A stretch of 64,000 bases of DNA from Candidatus Krumholzibacteriia bacterium (GTDB lineage: Bacteria > Krumholzibacteriota > Krumholzibacteriia > JAJRXK01). Shown here one piece after another: positions 17,867 to 27,627 of the stretch. The stretch is taken from contig JBGPIA010000002.1 in the NCBI GenBank assembly GCA_041484665.1, forward strand, positions 608,001 to 672,000, given 5' to 3'. The stretch's first letter is position 1. The number at the start of each line of letters is the position of its first letter. The translations under genes and the position numbers were made by a program. The notes beneath the pieces are model-generated. The model was not told the DNA's origin and did not search any database. It saw nothing but the letters and a program-made list of their open reading frames with translations.

Positions 17867-18939
17867 GGGCGCGCCCTGCGGGTGGCGGAGTCCCCGGGCT
17901 GGGCGGCCGCATCGGCGGCCGCCTCGGCCGCCACCCAGCGCGCCTGGGCGTCGAGCCCCTCGCGCAGCTCGACGGCTGCGGCGAAGCCGATCGCCACGCG
18001 GGCGAGCGTGCCGTCGGCGTAGGTGTGCATCACGTCGCCGGCGATGGGCTCGCCGTGCGCGATCGTGATCGAGCGCGCCAGGCCGTGCGCCACGGCGCTC
18101 TCCCGCAGCACCGCGAGCGCGTCGAGCAGGCCGACGCGGGCGCCCCCGCCGATGTTGTAGACGCCGTAGGGAGCGCGATCGTCGGCTGCGAGCAGGTTGG
18201 CGCGTACTGCGTCGGACACGTAGGTGAAGTCGCGCGTCTGGTGGCCGTCGCCGTAGACCACCCACGGCTGCCCGCGCCGGGCGGCGTCCAGGAACTTGCG
18301 GAACGCCATGTCGGGGCGCTGCCGCGGTCCGTAAACGGTGAAATAGCGCAGGCTGCTGCAGGGCAAGCCGAAGTTGGCCGCGTAGAGCGCGCACAGATGC
18401 TCGGCGGCGAGCTTGGTCACACCGTAGGGGCTGAACGGCCGCTTCTCGGAATCCTCGGCCACCGGATAGCGCGTCTGGTTGCCGTAGACTGAGCTGCTGC
18501 TGCTGTAGACCACCCGCTGCAGCGCTCCACCGGCGCGGCGCACCTCCACGCAGGCCTCCAACAGCCGCTGCGTCGCGCGCACGTTGGAGCGCAAGTAGAC
18601 GTCGAACTCGTTCCCCCACGAGGCGCGCACGCCCGCCTGCGCGGCGAGATGGAAGCAGATCTCCCGGCCGGCAAGCAGAGGCCGCAGCTCGAGCGCATTC
18701 AGGTCGCCCTCCACCAGGCGGAAGCGTGCGTGGGCCACGGCGCCGAGCAGATTGCGCCGCTTGAGGGCGGGATCGTAGTAATCGCTGAAGCAGTCCACGC
18801 CCAGCACGTCATGGCCGCCCGCCAGCAGCGCGTCGGTGAGCGTGCTGCCCAGGAACCCCGCGCAGCCGGTGACCAGCACGGCGCGCGGAGGGCCCCGCCA
18901 GGCTGCCGGCAGCTCGAGGGGCAGCTGGTCCAAGGTCAC
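17863..18939 (-). CDS. NAD-dependent epimerase/dehydratase (UDP-glucuronate/glucose 4-epimerase-like)
   Basis: GTG 18939 overlaps the upstream stop. VLVTGCAGFLGS, HLAAQAGVR, SSSSVYG, YGVTK, FTVYGPRQRPDMA. Confidence 0.92.
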   Translation of the reverse strand: MTLDQLPLELPAAWRGPPRAVLVTGCAGFLGSTLTDALLAGGHDVLGVDCFSDYYDPALKRRNLLGAVAHARFRLVEGDLNALELRPLLAGREICFHLAAQAGVRASWGNEFDVYLRSNVRATQRLLEACVEVRRAGGALQRVVYSSSSSVYGNQTRYPVAEDSEKRPFSPYGVTKLAAEHLCALYAANFGLPCSSLRYFTVYGPRQRPDMAFRKFLDAARRGQPWVVYGDGHQTRDFTYVSDAVRANLLAADDRAPYGVYNIGGGARVGLLDALAVLRESAVAHGLARSITIAHGEPIAGDVMHTYADGTLARVAIGFAAAVELREGLDAQARWVAAEAAADAAAQPGDSATRRARP

Positions 18940-21584
18940 GGGGTTCCTCCCGGCGCTCCACCCGGCGTCGTACCCGGGGCGCCGGCCGGTGGCATCGCCG
19001 GCAATAACAGGGCGGAATCGCCGGCGGCGCCGCCGGCGCGCATGGCCCGGAAGCGCTCCAGCTCGGCGGCAGCATCGCGATTCCCAGTGCGCGCAACCCA
19101 CTCGGCGAGCACACGCTCCGCCTCGTCGTCCTCGCCGCGCGCGCGATGGACGCGGAACAGGAGCTGGGCGCTGATCGAATCGTCGGGCAGGCGCTGCTGC
19201 ACCTTGCGCGCCCAGTCCAGCGCGAGATCTTTCTCGCCCAGCGCGGCCAGGCCGTCGCCGATGTCGAAGGCCAGCTGGTCGAGCGCCCGCCCATCGGTGA
19301 GCGTGCTCAGGTAGCGCTCCCCGACCTGCACCACCTTGGCCGTGTTGTGCAGCTGCAGGTACACCAGAGGCAGCATCTCCACCACCACCTGGAAGCCGGG
19401 ATCCATGTGGTAGGCGGCTTCCAGCGCGGTCGCCGCCTCCGCGTAGTCCTGCTTGCCCACCTCCTCGTAGGCAGCGCGGCAGAGGGCCGCGGGGTAGTTG
19501 CGCAGCAGATGCGCGGTGTTGGAGTCGCGATACACGGTGGTGTCGGTCTCTCCCTGGGCGTTGAGCACGCTGCGCAGGTCGTAGACCTGGGTGAGGTTGT
19601 GCACGATCGCCTCGCTGTCCACCGCTGGCGCCGGGGGCTTCTCCTCGTTCTTGTGGGTGTGGTCGAAGCGGTAGACGAGTCCCTCCATGCGCAGATAGGG
19701 AAGGAAGTCCGCGATGGCGTCGTCGGGGATGGTCACGGCGAAGTAGATCGCGCGCTTGGGCCCCGCCAGGTTCGTGCGCAGGATATGCCACACCGCCATG
19801 TCGCGCACGTAGAGCACCTTGTTGTCGGGCAGACGCTGCGCCAGCAGGTAGGTCTGGAAGGCGTGCTCGAAGTCGCGATGAGTGATGGTGGCCGTGCCGT
19901 TGATCTGGTCGTCGCTCCACGCGATGGGGACCTTGGGCGCATAGTCGCGCAGCTGCAGGATGTACCACGGCAGATTCACCAGGCTGAGGTTGACCACCCG
20001 CACGTCGGTACGGAAGTGCTCGACCTCCTGCAGGTACCAGAGCGGAAAGGTATCGTTGTCGCCGTTGGTGAACAGGATGGCGTCCTGCGGCAGGCCCATC
20101 AGCATGTTGTAGCCGTAATTGCGCGCGATCACGTCGTGGCTGCGGTCGTGCTCGAACCACTTGGGGTGGTGGGCCCTGGCCATCAGTACCGGCAGGAGCG
20201 GCAGGATCAAGAGCAGCGTGCCCACGGCGATCGTGAGCAGCCGCTGCAGCGCGCGGCCGCGCAGCACAAGCCACAACAGGCGCAGCAGACCGCCCGCGCC
20301 CAGCCCGATGAACATCGCCAGGAACTGGTAGGCGCCGAAGAAGAAATAATCGCGGTCACGCACCTCCTCACTGGTGAAATTCAGGAAGAGGATCAGGCCG
20401 ACGGAGTTCACCAGCAGGTTGGTGAAGATCGACGTGAACAGCCGCGCGTGGCCGCGGGCCTGGCACCACAGGCCGTAGAGCCATAAGGCCAGCGGAAGGA
20501 AGCTGTCCAGGAAGCCGTGGCGCGGCATGAAGGTGAACTGCTGCAAATAGCCGATCACCCGCTGCCCGGCCATCTGGTTCGCCTTCCAGAGCACGCTGCC
20601 CCAAAACTGCCCGAACTGCCACCACAGCGGCGCCTCCCGCACGAACATCGAGCGCGGCGGGTACTGCTCGCGGCGCAGGACCGACAACAGCGTCTGGAAG
20701 CTGGTGGGGTCGGTTTCGTTGATCATCGGGTCGTGGTGCGCTCGGATGAGCATGAACAGGTGGGTGGAGAGCCCTAGGGTGAACAGCCCGATGCCCGCCA
20801 GCGCGAACCCGCGGCGGCGGACCATCCGCCCCACCGCCAGCGACAGCGAGCCCAGCCCGAGTAACCAGGTCGTCCCCACCAGCACCGGGTGGGAGCCCAG
20901 GGTCGAGACCACGAACGCCGTCATGAACGCCGACACGATCCACAGATCGATGCTGCGCAGCGCCTTGCGGTCGGCCAGCACGACCAGCACGACCACGCCG
21001 GGAAACACCAGAATCGATCCCAAGTGGAAACCGATCGACAGGCCCATGATGTAGACGATGAGCAGCATGAGCGTGTGGGAGGAGTCCTTCTCCCGCACGT
21101 CGTACCAGCGCAGCGCGAGGTAGCTGGTGATGGCCAGCGTGAACGCCGCCATGGCGTAGACCTCGGCCTCGATGGCGTTGTCCCAGAAGGTGAAGCTGAA
21201 GGCCAGGAAGCAGGCGCCGATGGCCGCGCCCAGCCGCACAACCCAGGTCGGGCTGGGCTGCTCGCGCTCTTCCGCCCAGCTGCGCTGCAGGCGCACGCCG
21301 GCGAGGTACGAGAACATGACCGCCAGCGCGCCGAAGAAGCTGCTCATAAGGTTGATCTTCTTGGCCACCGCGAAGCCCAGCGGCAGCAGCGAGAAGACCC
21401 TCCCCGCGAGCACGTACAGGGGTGTTCCGGGCTGGTGGGGGATCCCCAGCCGGTAGGCGGTCGCGGTGAACTCCCCGCAGTCCCAGAAGGCGATGGAGGG
21501 GGAAGTCGTGGCGGCGTAGACGAAGAGTGCCAGCAGGAACAGTCCGGTGGCGACCCAGGCGTTGCGGTCCAGCAACCTCTGCAT
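18936..21584 (-). CDS. DUF2723 / TMEM260-like GT-C membrane protein with C-terminal TPR-like helices
   Basis: FWDCGEF, GIPHQPGTP, AIEAEVYA, VRDRDYFF, FTNGDNDTFPLWY, RTDVRVVNLSL. ATG at 21584. Confidence 0.9.
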   Translation of the reverse strand: MQRLLDRNAWVATGLFLLALFVYAATTSPSIAFWDCGEFTATAYRLGIPHQPGTPLYVLAGRVFSLLPLGFAVAKKINLMSSFFGALAVMFSYLAGVRLQRSWAEEREQPSPTWVVRLGAAIGACFLAFSFTFWDNAIEAEVYAMAAFTLAITSYLALRWYDVREKDSSHTLMLLIVYIMGLSIGFHLGSILVFPGVVVLVVLADRKALRSIDLWIVSAFMTAFVVSTLGSHPVLVGTTWLLGLGSLSLAVGRMVRRRGFALAGIGLFTLGLSTHLFMLIRAHHDPMINETDPTSFQTLLSVLRREQYPPRSMFVREAPLWWQFGQFWGSVLWKANQMAGQRVIGYLQQFTFMPRHGFLDSFLPLALWLYGLWCQARGHARLFTSIFTNLLVNSVGLILFLNFTSEEVRDRDYFFFGAYQFLAMFIGLGAGGLLRLLWLVLRGRALQRLLTIAVGTLLLILPLLPVLMARAHHPKWFEHDRSHDVIARNYGYNMLMGLPQDAILFTNGDNDTFPLWYLQEVEHFRTDVRVVNLSLVNLPWYILQLRDYAPKVPIAWSDDQINGTATITHRDFEHAFQTYLLAQRLPDNKVLYVRDMAVWHILRTNLAGPKRAIYFAVTIPDDAIADFLPYLRMEGLVYRFDHTHKNEEKPPAPAVDSEAIVHNLTQVYDLRSVLNAQGETDTTVYRDSNTAHLLRNYPAALCRAAYEEVGKQDYAEAATALEAAYHMDPGFQVVVEMLPLVYLQLHNTAKVVQVGERYLSTLTDGRALDQLAFDIGDGLAALGEKDLALDWARKVQQRLPDDSISAQLLFRVHRARGEDDEAERVLAEWVARTGNRDAAAELERFRAMRAGGAAGDSALLLPAMPPAGAPGTTPGGAPGGTP

Positions 21585-21652
21585 GAGAACGGCGGCCTTC
21601 CCTGTGAGCGCTCGGGGTCGCGTGGGGAGGGTCCCCCCGTGGTCGAGGCGGA

Positions 21653-21661
21653 ACGTTAGCA
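21653..21661 (-). promoter_or_regulatory. Extended -10 promoter upstream of the DUF2723 gene
   Basis: Minus strand TG-c-TAACGT in the 174-bp gap. Confidence 0.45.
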
Positions 21662-21758
21662 CAGGCCGCGCGGCCGCGCGACGTGGACCTCGGACCCCGC
21701 TGAGCGTGCAACACCGCCTGGCGCCGCCGGTTCCACCGCAGGCCCTGGACGGCCGCGG

Positions 21759-22781
21759 CTAGGCCGCGGCGGGCGCTCGCCCCTGCCCGCGCAGCAGCCG
21801 CAGCGCCAGCAGCACCCCGCCAATCAGGCTGAGGGCGACCTGCACCAGGTAGGTGGCCAGCTGCATCGCCACCGCCTCGGCCGGACCCAGCCCCAGGGCC
21901 GGCATCGTGCGCGCGGCGGCCAGCTCGCGCAGCCCCAGGCCGTTGAAGGTGATCGGCAACGTCGTCACCACACCCAGCACCGGGACGACCACGTACAGCC
22001 CCAGCACACGCGCGGGCGGCAGCGCCATTCCCATCGCGGCGGCCACCGCCAGGTGGGTCAGCACGCGCGTGGCCTGCACCACGAGGGACAAGAGCAGGAG
22101 CCGCAGCAGCAGCGCCGGAGCCATGCGGAATGTGCGCAGCTCGTCGGTCACGCGGGCGACGCGGCCGGCGAGACGCTGCAGGCCAACGCGCCGCAGCGCG
22201 CGCACGACGACGCCGGCCATGCGGCGCGAGAGCAGAGCGAGGAGCAACGCCACCAGAGGCAGACAGGCGGCCCACAGCACGCCCCACGGCAGCCCCGCGG
22301 GAGCGCGCCCCCCCAGCGCGGCGGCAGCGACGAACGCTAGCGCCATCAGCGCGACGAGCCCCAGGAGGCGGTCCAAGAGCGTGCCCGCCAGCGCGCGGGC
22401 CAGGCCGCCCGGTCCGTCGGCCAGCGCCACGTCCACGACCTTGACCGCGTCGCCGCCCACGTTGCTCAGCATGAAGTTGTTCAGGAAGGTCCCGATCCAA
22501 TAGAGCGACAGCAGCCGCCGCGCGGGCAGGCACACGCCGCTGTGACGCAGGATCAGGATCCACTGCAACGCTCCCAGCATGGTGCTGACAGCCAGCACCG
22601 CGAGCGCCGGCCAGAGCCGCGCCGGGTGCAGCGTATCCAGCCGCGCCGCCGCTCCGTGCAGGGTATGCAGCAGCCACGCCAGGAGCGCCGCGGACAGCGC
22701 CGCGCGCAACACGATGGAAAGCCAGGCCCGTCGCTTCGGCCGGGCACGCGGGCGGATGGAGTCGGCGGCCGGAGCGCTCAC
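21759..22781 (-). CDS. Lysylphosphatidylglycerol-synthase TM / UPF0104 flippase-like protein
   Basis: GTG 22781 overlaps the upstream stop. IGTFLNNFMLSNVGGDAVK, LLDRLLGL, LPITFNGLGLRE. Confidence 0.85.
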   Translation of the reverse strand: MSAPAADSIRPRARPKRRAWLSIVLRAALSAALLAWLLHTLHGAAARLDTLHPARLWPALAVLAVSTMLGALQWILILRHSGVCLPARRLLSLYWIGTFLNNFMLSNVGGDAVKVVDVALADGPGGLARALAGTLLDRLLGLVALMALAFVAAAALGGRAPAGLPWGVLWAACLPLVALLLALLSRRMAGVVVRALRRVGLQRLAGRVARVTDELRTFRMAPALLLRLLLLSLVVQATRVLTHLAVAAAMGMALPPARVLGLYVVVPVLGVVTTLPITFNGLGLRELAAARTMPALGLGPAEAVAMQLATYLVQVALSLIGGVLLALRLLRGQGRAPAAA

Positions 22782-23896
22782 CGTGCCTCTTCCACGCAGA
22801 GCTGCAGGAGCTCTTCGGTGCGCTGGGCGGCCGTCTCCCAGCTGAAGCTGCGCGCCCAGCGCACCGCGTTCTGGGAGCAGGCGCGCCAGCGGGGCGGATC
22901 GCCGAGCAGGTCGAGCGCCTTGGCGGCAAAGTCCGCGGGATCGCCGTAGCGGGCCAGCAGCCCCGTCTCGCCATCGCGCACCGAGTCCAGCAGGCCGGGC
23001 CGCCGGCTGGCGACCACCGGGACTCCGCACTCGTTGGCCTCGATCACGGTCAGCCCCCACCCCTCCTTCGGGCTGGGGTTGAGGCACAGATGGCAGCGGT
23101 ACAGCAGGTCCACGACCTGCGGGCGCGGGAGCCAGCCGTGGAAGCGCACCCGCTCGGCGAGCCCCAGCCGGTGCGCCACGCGGCGCAGGCGTGGCAGGTC
23201 GGGGCCGTTGCCCACGATCTCCAGCGTGACATCCGGCAGCGGTTCCTGCAGCAGGGCGAGCGCGCGCAACGCCACGTCCACGCTCTTGTATCGGCGCAGG
23301 CGTCCCAGATGCACCAAGGTCGGTGCCGCGTTGCGCGGGGGCGGCGGGTCGCGCACGTAGGCGTCGTGATCCATGCCGCAGTGGATGACCGAGATGCGCT
23401 CCGGACGGACACCGCGCCGCGCCAGGTCCAAGGCGGTGCTGTCGCTGATCACCAGGAAGCGGCAGCGGCGGTACACGAGCGCGATCGGCTGCTCGAACAC
23501 CGCCACGTAGGTCGCGGTCAGCGGGCCCGTCTCGCGGTAGACCGTTCTCCCGAACAGGTGGGGGACCAGGGCGAGCACGGGCAGCCGCGTGTGCAGCGGA
23601 GTGAAGAACGGGATCTTGTTGATGTCATCGATGACGATATCGTAGCGACGCCGCCGCAGCTCGTCGCGCAGGAGCCCTGGGAGCACGAGATTGGCCAGCT
23701 TCCACGGGCCGCGCCGACGGTAGCGGATGCCGTCGGGCGCCACCTCCTCGGGCGCCGCGCCCGGGTAGGCGCACGCCAGCCAGGTGACGGCGTGCCCGCG
23801 CGCGGCCAGCCGACGCAGGATCTCATGGAGGTGGACCTCCGCGCCCCCGGCCATGGGATCACCGCGGTCGCGCCAGTTCACTGCAAGGATCCTCAG
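22778..23896 (-). CDS. GT4 glycosyltransferase (probable CTG start)
   Basis: (M)RILAVNWRD..AGGAEVH, HLGRLRRYKSVD, PSPKEGWGLTVIEANECG. CTG at 23896 overlaps the upstream TGA, with GGGAG 6 nt upstream. Confidence 0.88.
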   Translation of the reverse strand: MRILAVNWRDRGDPMAGGAEVHLHEILRRLAARGHAVTWLACAYPGAAPEEVAPDGIRYRRRGPWKLANLVLPGLLRDELRRRRYDIVIDDINKIPFFTPLHTRLPVLALVPHLFGRTVYRETGPLTATYVAVFEQPIALVYRRCRFLVISDSTALDLARRGVRPERISVIHCGMDHDAYVRDPPPPRNAAPTLVHLGRLRRYKSVDVALRALALLQEPLPDVTLEIVGNGPDLPRLRRVAHRLGLAERVRFHGWLPRPQVVDLLYRCHLCLNPSPKEGWGLTVIEANECGVPVVASRRPGLLDSVRDGETGLLARYGDPADFAAKALDLLGDPPRWRACSQNAVRWARSFSWETAAQRTEELLQLCVEEAR

Positions 23897-24768
23897 GAGC
23901 CGCTCCCTGCGCGGACGCGCGCAGATCCGGCGCCCGCCGCGCGAGCGTCCGCCGCCGTATTGCGCGCGCCCGCAGCCGATGCGGGCGCGCTCGCGACCTT
24001 GCGCCCGATGCAGCCGATCACGATGGTGGTGTACAGGGAGACCCGCCGCGCCGAGAACCAGCGCCGCCAGGCGGCGCCCAGCTCCGCCAGCAGGGGGATC
24101 CCCCGGGGATACATGGGGAGGCGCGTGCCGGCGGTCGTGAGCAGCACTTTGCGCAACGCTCGGTACCACAGGCCCGGGACCATCCAGTCGCCGTAGCTGC
24201 GCACCGGCGCCAGCCCCGCCTCGCGCAGCAGCCCCTCCAGCTCGCCGATGCTGAACTCGGTCTCCCAGCCGGCGAACCACTTGTCCACGAGCATGAGCGC
24301 GTGCTTGCCCAGCGTGTAGTAGTGCCAGCGCTGCGGCACGTCGACCAGCAGCAGCCCCCCGTCGCGCAGGACGCGCACGTTCTCGCGCAGCATGGGGCGC
24401 GGATCGCGGAAGTGCTCCAGCAGCCCCTGGTGGAAGACCAAGTCGAAGGTGCCGTCGGGAAACGGCAGGCGAAGCCCGTCGCCGCCCACTACGGCGACGC
24501 CGGCCCCGGTGGCCGTGGCGGTGGCCTGGATCAGGCGCAGGCTCTGCGGGGCGTAGTCGAGCGTCACCACGCTCGCGCCCGCCGCGGCCAGCGCGAGGCT
24601 GTCGCGCCCCGTGCCCGCCCCGACCTCCAGGATGCGCAGCCCGCGCGGGTTCACGACGCCGAAGATCTCCCGCAGGATGCGGCCGTCGTTGCCGTAGACG
24701 TCGGCCAGCGAGAGCTCGCCGGCCTCCGTCCAGAACCGCTCCCAGTGCTCTTTCCGGGACTGCCGCAT
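23893..24768 (-). CDS. Class I SAM-dependent methyltransferase
   Basis: ILEVGAGTG, LPFPDGTFDLVFHQGLLEHF, RVLRDGG. Confidence 0.9.
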   Translation of the reverse strand: MRQSRKEHWERFWTEAGELSLADVYGNDGRILREIFGVVNPRGLRILEVGAGTGRDSLALAAAGASVVTLDYAPQSLRLIQATATATGAGVAVVGGDGLRLPFPDGTFDLVFHQGLLEHFRDPRPMLRENVRVLRDGGLLLVDVPQRWHYYTLGKHALMLVDKWFAGWETEFSIGELEGLLREAGLAPVRSYGDWMVPGLWYRALRKVLLTTAGTRLPMYPRGIPLLAELGAAWRRWFSARRVSLYTTIVIGCIGRKVASAPASAAGARNTAADARAAGAGSARVRAGSGS

Positions 24769-24774
24769 CGTGCG

Positions 24775-24804
24775 ATTCTACCCGCGGTGGGACGGGACCG
24801 GCAA
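24775..24804 (-). promoter_or_regulatory. sigma70-type promoter giving a leaderless methyltransferase mRNA (head of glycosylation cluster)
   Basis: TTGCCG-18 bp-TAGAAT, then 6 nt to ATG 24768; no SD sequence. Confidence 0.65.
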
Positions 24805-24824
24805 CGCGCCGGCGCGCCGCAGGG

Positions 24825-25232
24825 TCAACCGGCCGCCTCGCGCCGCAGGCGGTCCAGGACGCCGTTGACGAAGCGTGCGGCGTCCTCCGTGCCGAAGGTG
24901 CGAGCCAGCTCCAGGGCCTCGTTGAGGGCGACGGCGGGGGGCGTCTGCGGAACGTAGAGCAGCTCGGCCAGCGCCATGCGCAGGATGCACCGCTCCACCA
25001 CCCCGACGCGGCTGGGGTCCCAGCCGATCAGGCTCGCGTCGATGCGAGCGTCCAGCTCGGTGCGGTGCTGCCCGACCTCTGCCGTGAGCAGCCGCGCGTA
25101 CTCGAGGGAGTCGGGGCCGGGCTTGCGGCGCTCCGCCTGGTCGTCGACGGCCTGCGCCACGGAGCCGCCGCCCACCTCCGCCGCGTAGAGCGCCTGCAAC
25201 GCCAACTCCCTTGCCTTGCGCCGGCGTCCCAC
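24825..25232 (-). CDS. nusB: Transcription antitermination factor NusB
   Basis: RRRKARELALQALY, ALNEALELARTFG, FVNGVLD; follows ribH. Confidence 0.96.
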   Translation of the reverse strand: MGRRRKARELALQALYAAEVGGGSVAQAVDDQAERRKPGPDSLEYARLLTAEVGQHRTELDARIDASLIGWDPSRVGVVERCILRMALAELLYVPQTPPAVALNEALELARTFGTEDAARFVNGVLDRLRREAAG

Positions 25233-25238
25233 GCCGGG

Positions 25239-25715
25239 TCAGCGCCCCTGCGGCAGCTGCCGCAGCAGGTCGACCATCTCCAAGGCGGCCGTCGCGGCAT
25301 CGTGGCCCTTGTTGCCCGCCTTGGTGCCGGCGCGCTCCATGGCCTGCTCGAGCGAATCGGTGGTCAGCACTCCGAAGATCACCGGCACGCCGCTGTCCCG
25401 CGCTGCCTCAGCGCAGCCGTTGCTCACCAGGCGGCAGACGTGGTCGAAGTGCGGGGTGGCTCCGCGGATCACGGCGCCCAGGGCCACGATGGCGGCGAAG
25501 CGCCCGGTCTGCGCCAGCCGCCGCGCCAGCAGCGGGATCTCGATGGCGCCGGGCACCCACACGATCTCCACGTGGTCGTCGGCGACGCCGTGACGGCGCA
25601 AGCCATCCAGGGCGCCGGCCAGCAGCTGATCGCTGAACAAGCTGTTGAAGCGGGAGACGACCAGGGCGAAACGCGCATCGGTCGGACCGAGGCGGCCTTC
25701 GTAGGTCTTGGGCAT
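25239..25715 (-). CDS. ribH: 6,7-dimethyl-8-ribityllumazine synthase
   Basis: ATG 25715. SRFN, VPGAIEIP, LGAVIRGATPHFD, FGVLTTD, GNKG. Confidence 0.97.
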   Translation of the reverse strand: MPKTYEGRLGPTDARFALVVSRFNSLFSDQLLAGALDGLRRHGVADDHVEIVWVPGAIEIPLLARRLAQTGRFAAIVALGAVIRGATPHFDHVCRLVSNGCAEAARDSGVPVIFGVLTTDSLEQAMERAGTKAGNKGHDAATAALEMVDLLRQLPQGR

Positions 25716-26965
25716 CAGGATCCTTTCGGGTCGAGGTCCTCGAGCAGATGGCCCAACTTGTCGCGCTTGGCAACGAGGTAGCGCAGGTTGACCGGGTTGG
25801 CAGGCATCTCGATCGGCACGCGCTCCACCACTTCCAGCCCGTAGGCCGACAGCCCGACGATCTTCTTGGGGTTGTTCGTCAGCAGCCGCATCTTGCGCAC
25901 GCCGAGATCCACCAGGATCTGGGCCCCGATCCCGTAGTAGCGCAGATCGGGCGGGAAGCCCAGCTTCTGATTGGCCTCCACCGTGTCGTGGCCCTCGTCC
26001 TGCAGCGCGTAGGCGCGCAGTTTGTTGAGCAGGCCGATCCCGCGACCCTCCTGGCGCATATAGAGGAAGACCCCGCGCCTTGCGGCGGCGATCTGGGCCA
26101 GCGCGGCGTCTCGCTGCTCCCCGCAGTCGCAGCGCAGGCTCCCGAACACGTCGCCGGTCAGGCATTCCGAGTGCACGCGCACCAGGATCGCGTCCCCGCC
26201 GGCCAGATCGCCCATCACCAGCGCTGTGTGCTGCCCGTTGTCCACGGTATCGCTGTAGAGGTGCAGCGCGAACTGGCCGTAGGCGGTCGGCAGCTGCACC
26301 CGCTGCTCCAGGTGCACGAGCTTCTCGTGGCGCCGCCGGTGCTCGATCAGATCGGCGATGCTGATGATGGGCAGGTCGAACTCCTGGGCCATGCGCAGCA
26401 GCCGCGGCAGACGCGCCATGCTGCCGTCATCGTCGAGGATCTCGCACAGCACGCCGGCCGGATGCCGGCCCGCCAAGCGCGAGAGGTCTACCGCGGCCTC
26501 GGTGTGTCCCGCCCTCTGCAGCACGCCGCCCGGCCGCGCGCGCAGCGGAAAGATGTGTCCCGGACGGGCGAAGTCCTCGGGACGCGCGGCGGGATCCATG
26601 AACTGCTTGATCGTCTCCGCACGGTCCTTGGTCGAGATCCCCGTGGTGGTGTGCCGCACGGCGTCGATGCTCACGGCGAAGGCCGTTCCCAGGCGCGAGG
26701 TATTGCGCAGAACCATCGGGTGGAGGTCCAGCTGCTCCAGGCGCTCGGGAGTGGCCGCCAGGCAGACCAGCCCGCGGGCCTGCCGGGCGAGGAAATTGAT
26801 CGCCTCGGGGGTGGCATGTTCCGCCGCCAGGATCAGGTCCCCCTCGTTCTCGCGGTCTTCGTCGTCGACCACGATCACGAACCCGCCGTCCTTGATCTGC
26901 TCGATGGCGGTCTCGATGGAGTCGAGCTGGCCTATGGTCCGGTGCCGGCGCCGCGCCTCGCTCAT
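25715..26965 (-). CDS. ribBA: Bifunctional DHBP synthase / GTP cyclohydrolase II
   Basis: [45 protein letters not shown]. Confidence 0.97.
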   Translation of the reverse strand: MSEARRRHRTIGQLDSIETAIEQIKDGGFVIVVDDEDRENEGDLILAAEHATPEAINFLARQARGLVCLAATPERLEQLDLHPMVLRNTSRLGTAFAVSIDAVRHTTTGISTKDRAETIKQFMDPAARPEDFARPGHIFPLRARPGGVLQRAGHTEAAVDLSRLAGRHPAGVLCEILDDDGSMARLPRLLRMAQEFDLPIISIADLIEHRRRHEKLVHLEQRVQLPTAYGQFALHLYSDTVDNGQHTALVMGDLAGGDAILVRVHSECLTGDVFGSLRCDCGEQRDAALAQIAAARRGVFLYMRQEGRGIGLLNKLRAYALQDEGHDTVEANQKLGFPPDLRYYGIGAQILVDLGVRKMRLLTNNPKKIVGLSAYGLEVVERVPIEMPANPVNLRYLVAKRDKLGHLLEDLDPKGS

Positions 26966-27627
26966 GACCCGCTCCGCTGCGGCGGGGTGCCGTAGCCCGC
27001 GGCGCGCAAGGCGTCCCAGCGCAGACCGCTGCTGCCATCGCGCTGCAGCATCCCCAGCACGTACTTGCCGAGGATGTCGGTCTCGAGGTTGACGCGATCT
27101 CCCACCTTGCGCAGGCCCAGCGTGGTGGCGGCGAGCGTGTGCGGGATGAGGAACACCTCGAAGCGCTCGCGCGCCAGGTGTGGGCCGACCGTCAGGCTCA
27201 CGCCGTCGACGGCGACGCTGCCCTTGGGGACGAGCTGGGCCACCACCGCGGGGGCGGCTTTGATCTGCAGGTGCACCGAGTCCCCCTGGCGCCCCAGCCC
27301 GGCGACCGTCCCCACAGCGTCGACGTGCCCCTGCACGAAGTGGCCACCGACCGGCGCGCCGGCCCGAAGCGCGGTCTCGAGATTCACGCGCTGACCCGGC
27401 CGCAGGCCTCCGACGGTCGTGACGCGCAAGGTCTCGGCGATGGCGTGGACGGTGAACCGCGGGCCGTCCAGTGCCGTCACGGTCAGGCAGACCCCGTCCA
27501 CCGCCACGCTAGCGCCCAGGGTCAGCCGCGCGGCGAGTTCGGTCTGGGCAACGGTCAGGTCGCGGTCGCCGGAGCTGCCACGCACCTGCGCGACCTCGCC
27601 GACGGCCTCCACGATCCCGGTGAACAT
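26962..27627 (-). CDS. ribE: Riboflavin synthase (alpha chain)
   Basis: MFTGIVE N-terminus, [37 protein letters not shown]. Confidence 0.97.
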   Translation of the reverse strand: MFTGIVEAVGEVAQVRGSSGDRDLTVAQTELAARLTLGASVAVDGVCLTVTALDGPRFTVHAIAETLRVTTVGGLRPGQRVNLETALRAGAPVGGHFVQGHVDAVGTVAGLGRQGDSVHLQIKAAPAVVAQLVPKGSVAVDGVSLTVGPHLARERFEVFLIPHTLAATTLGLRKVGDRVNLETDILGKYVLGMLQRDGSSGLRWDALRAAGYGTPPQRSGS

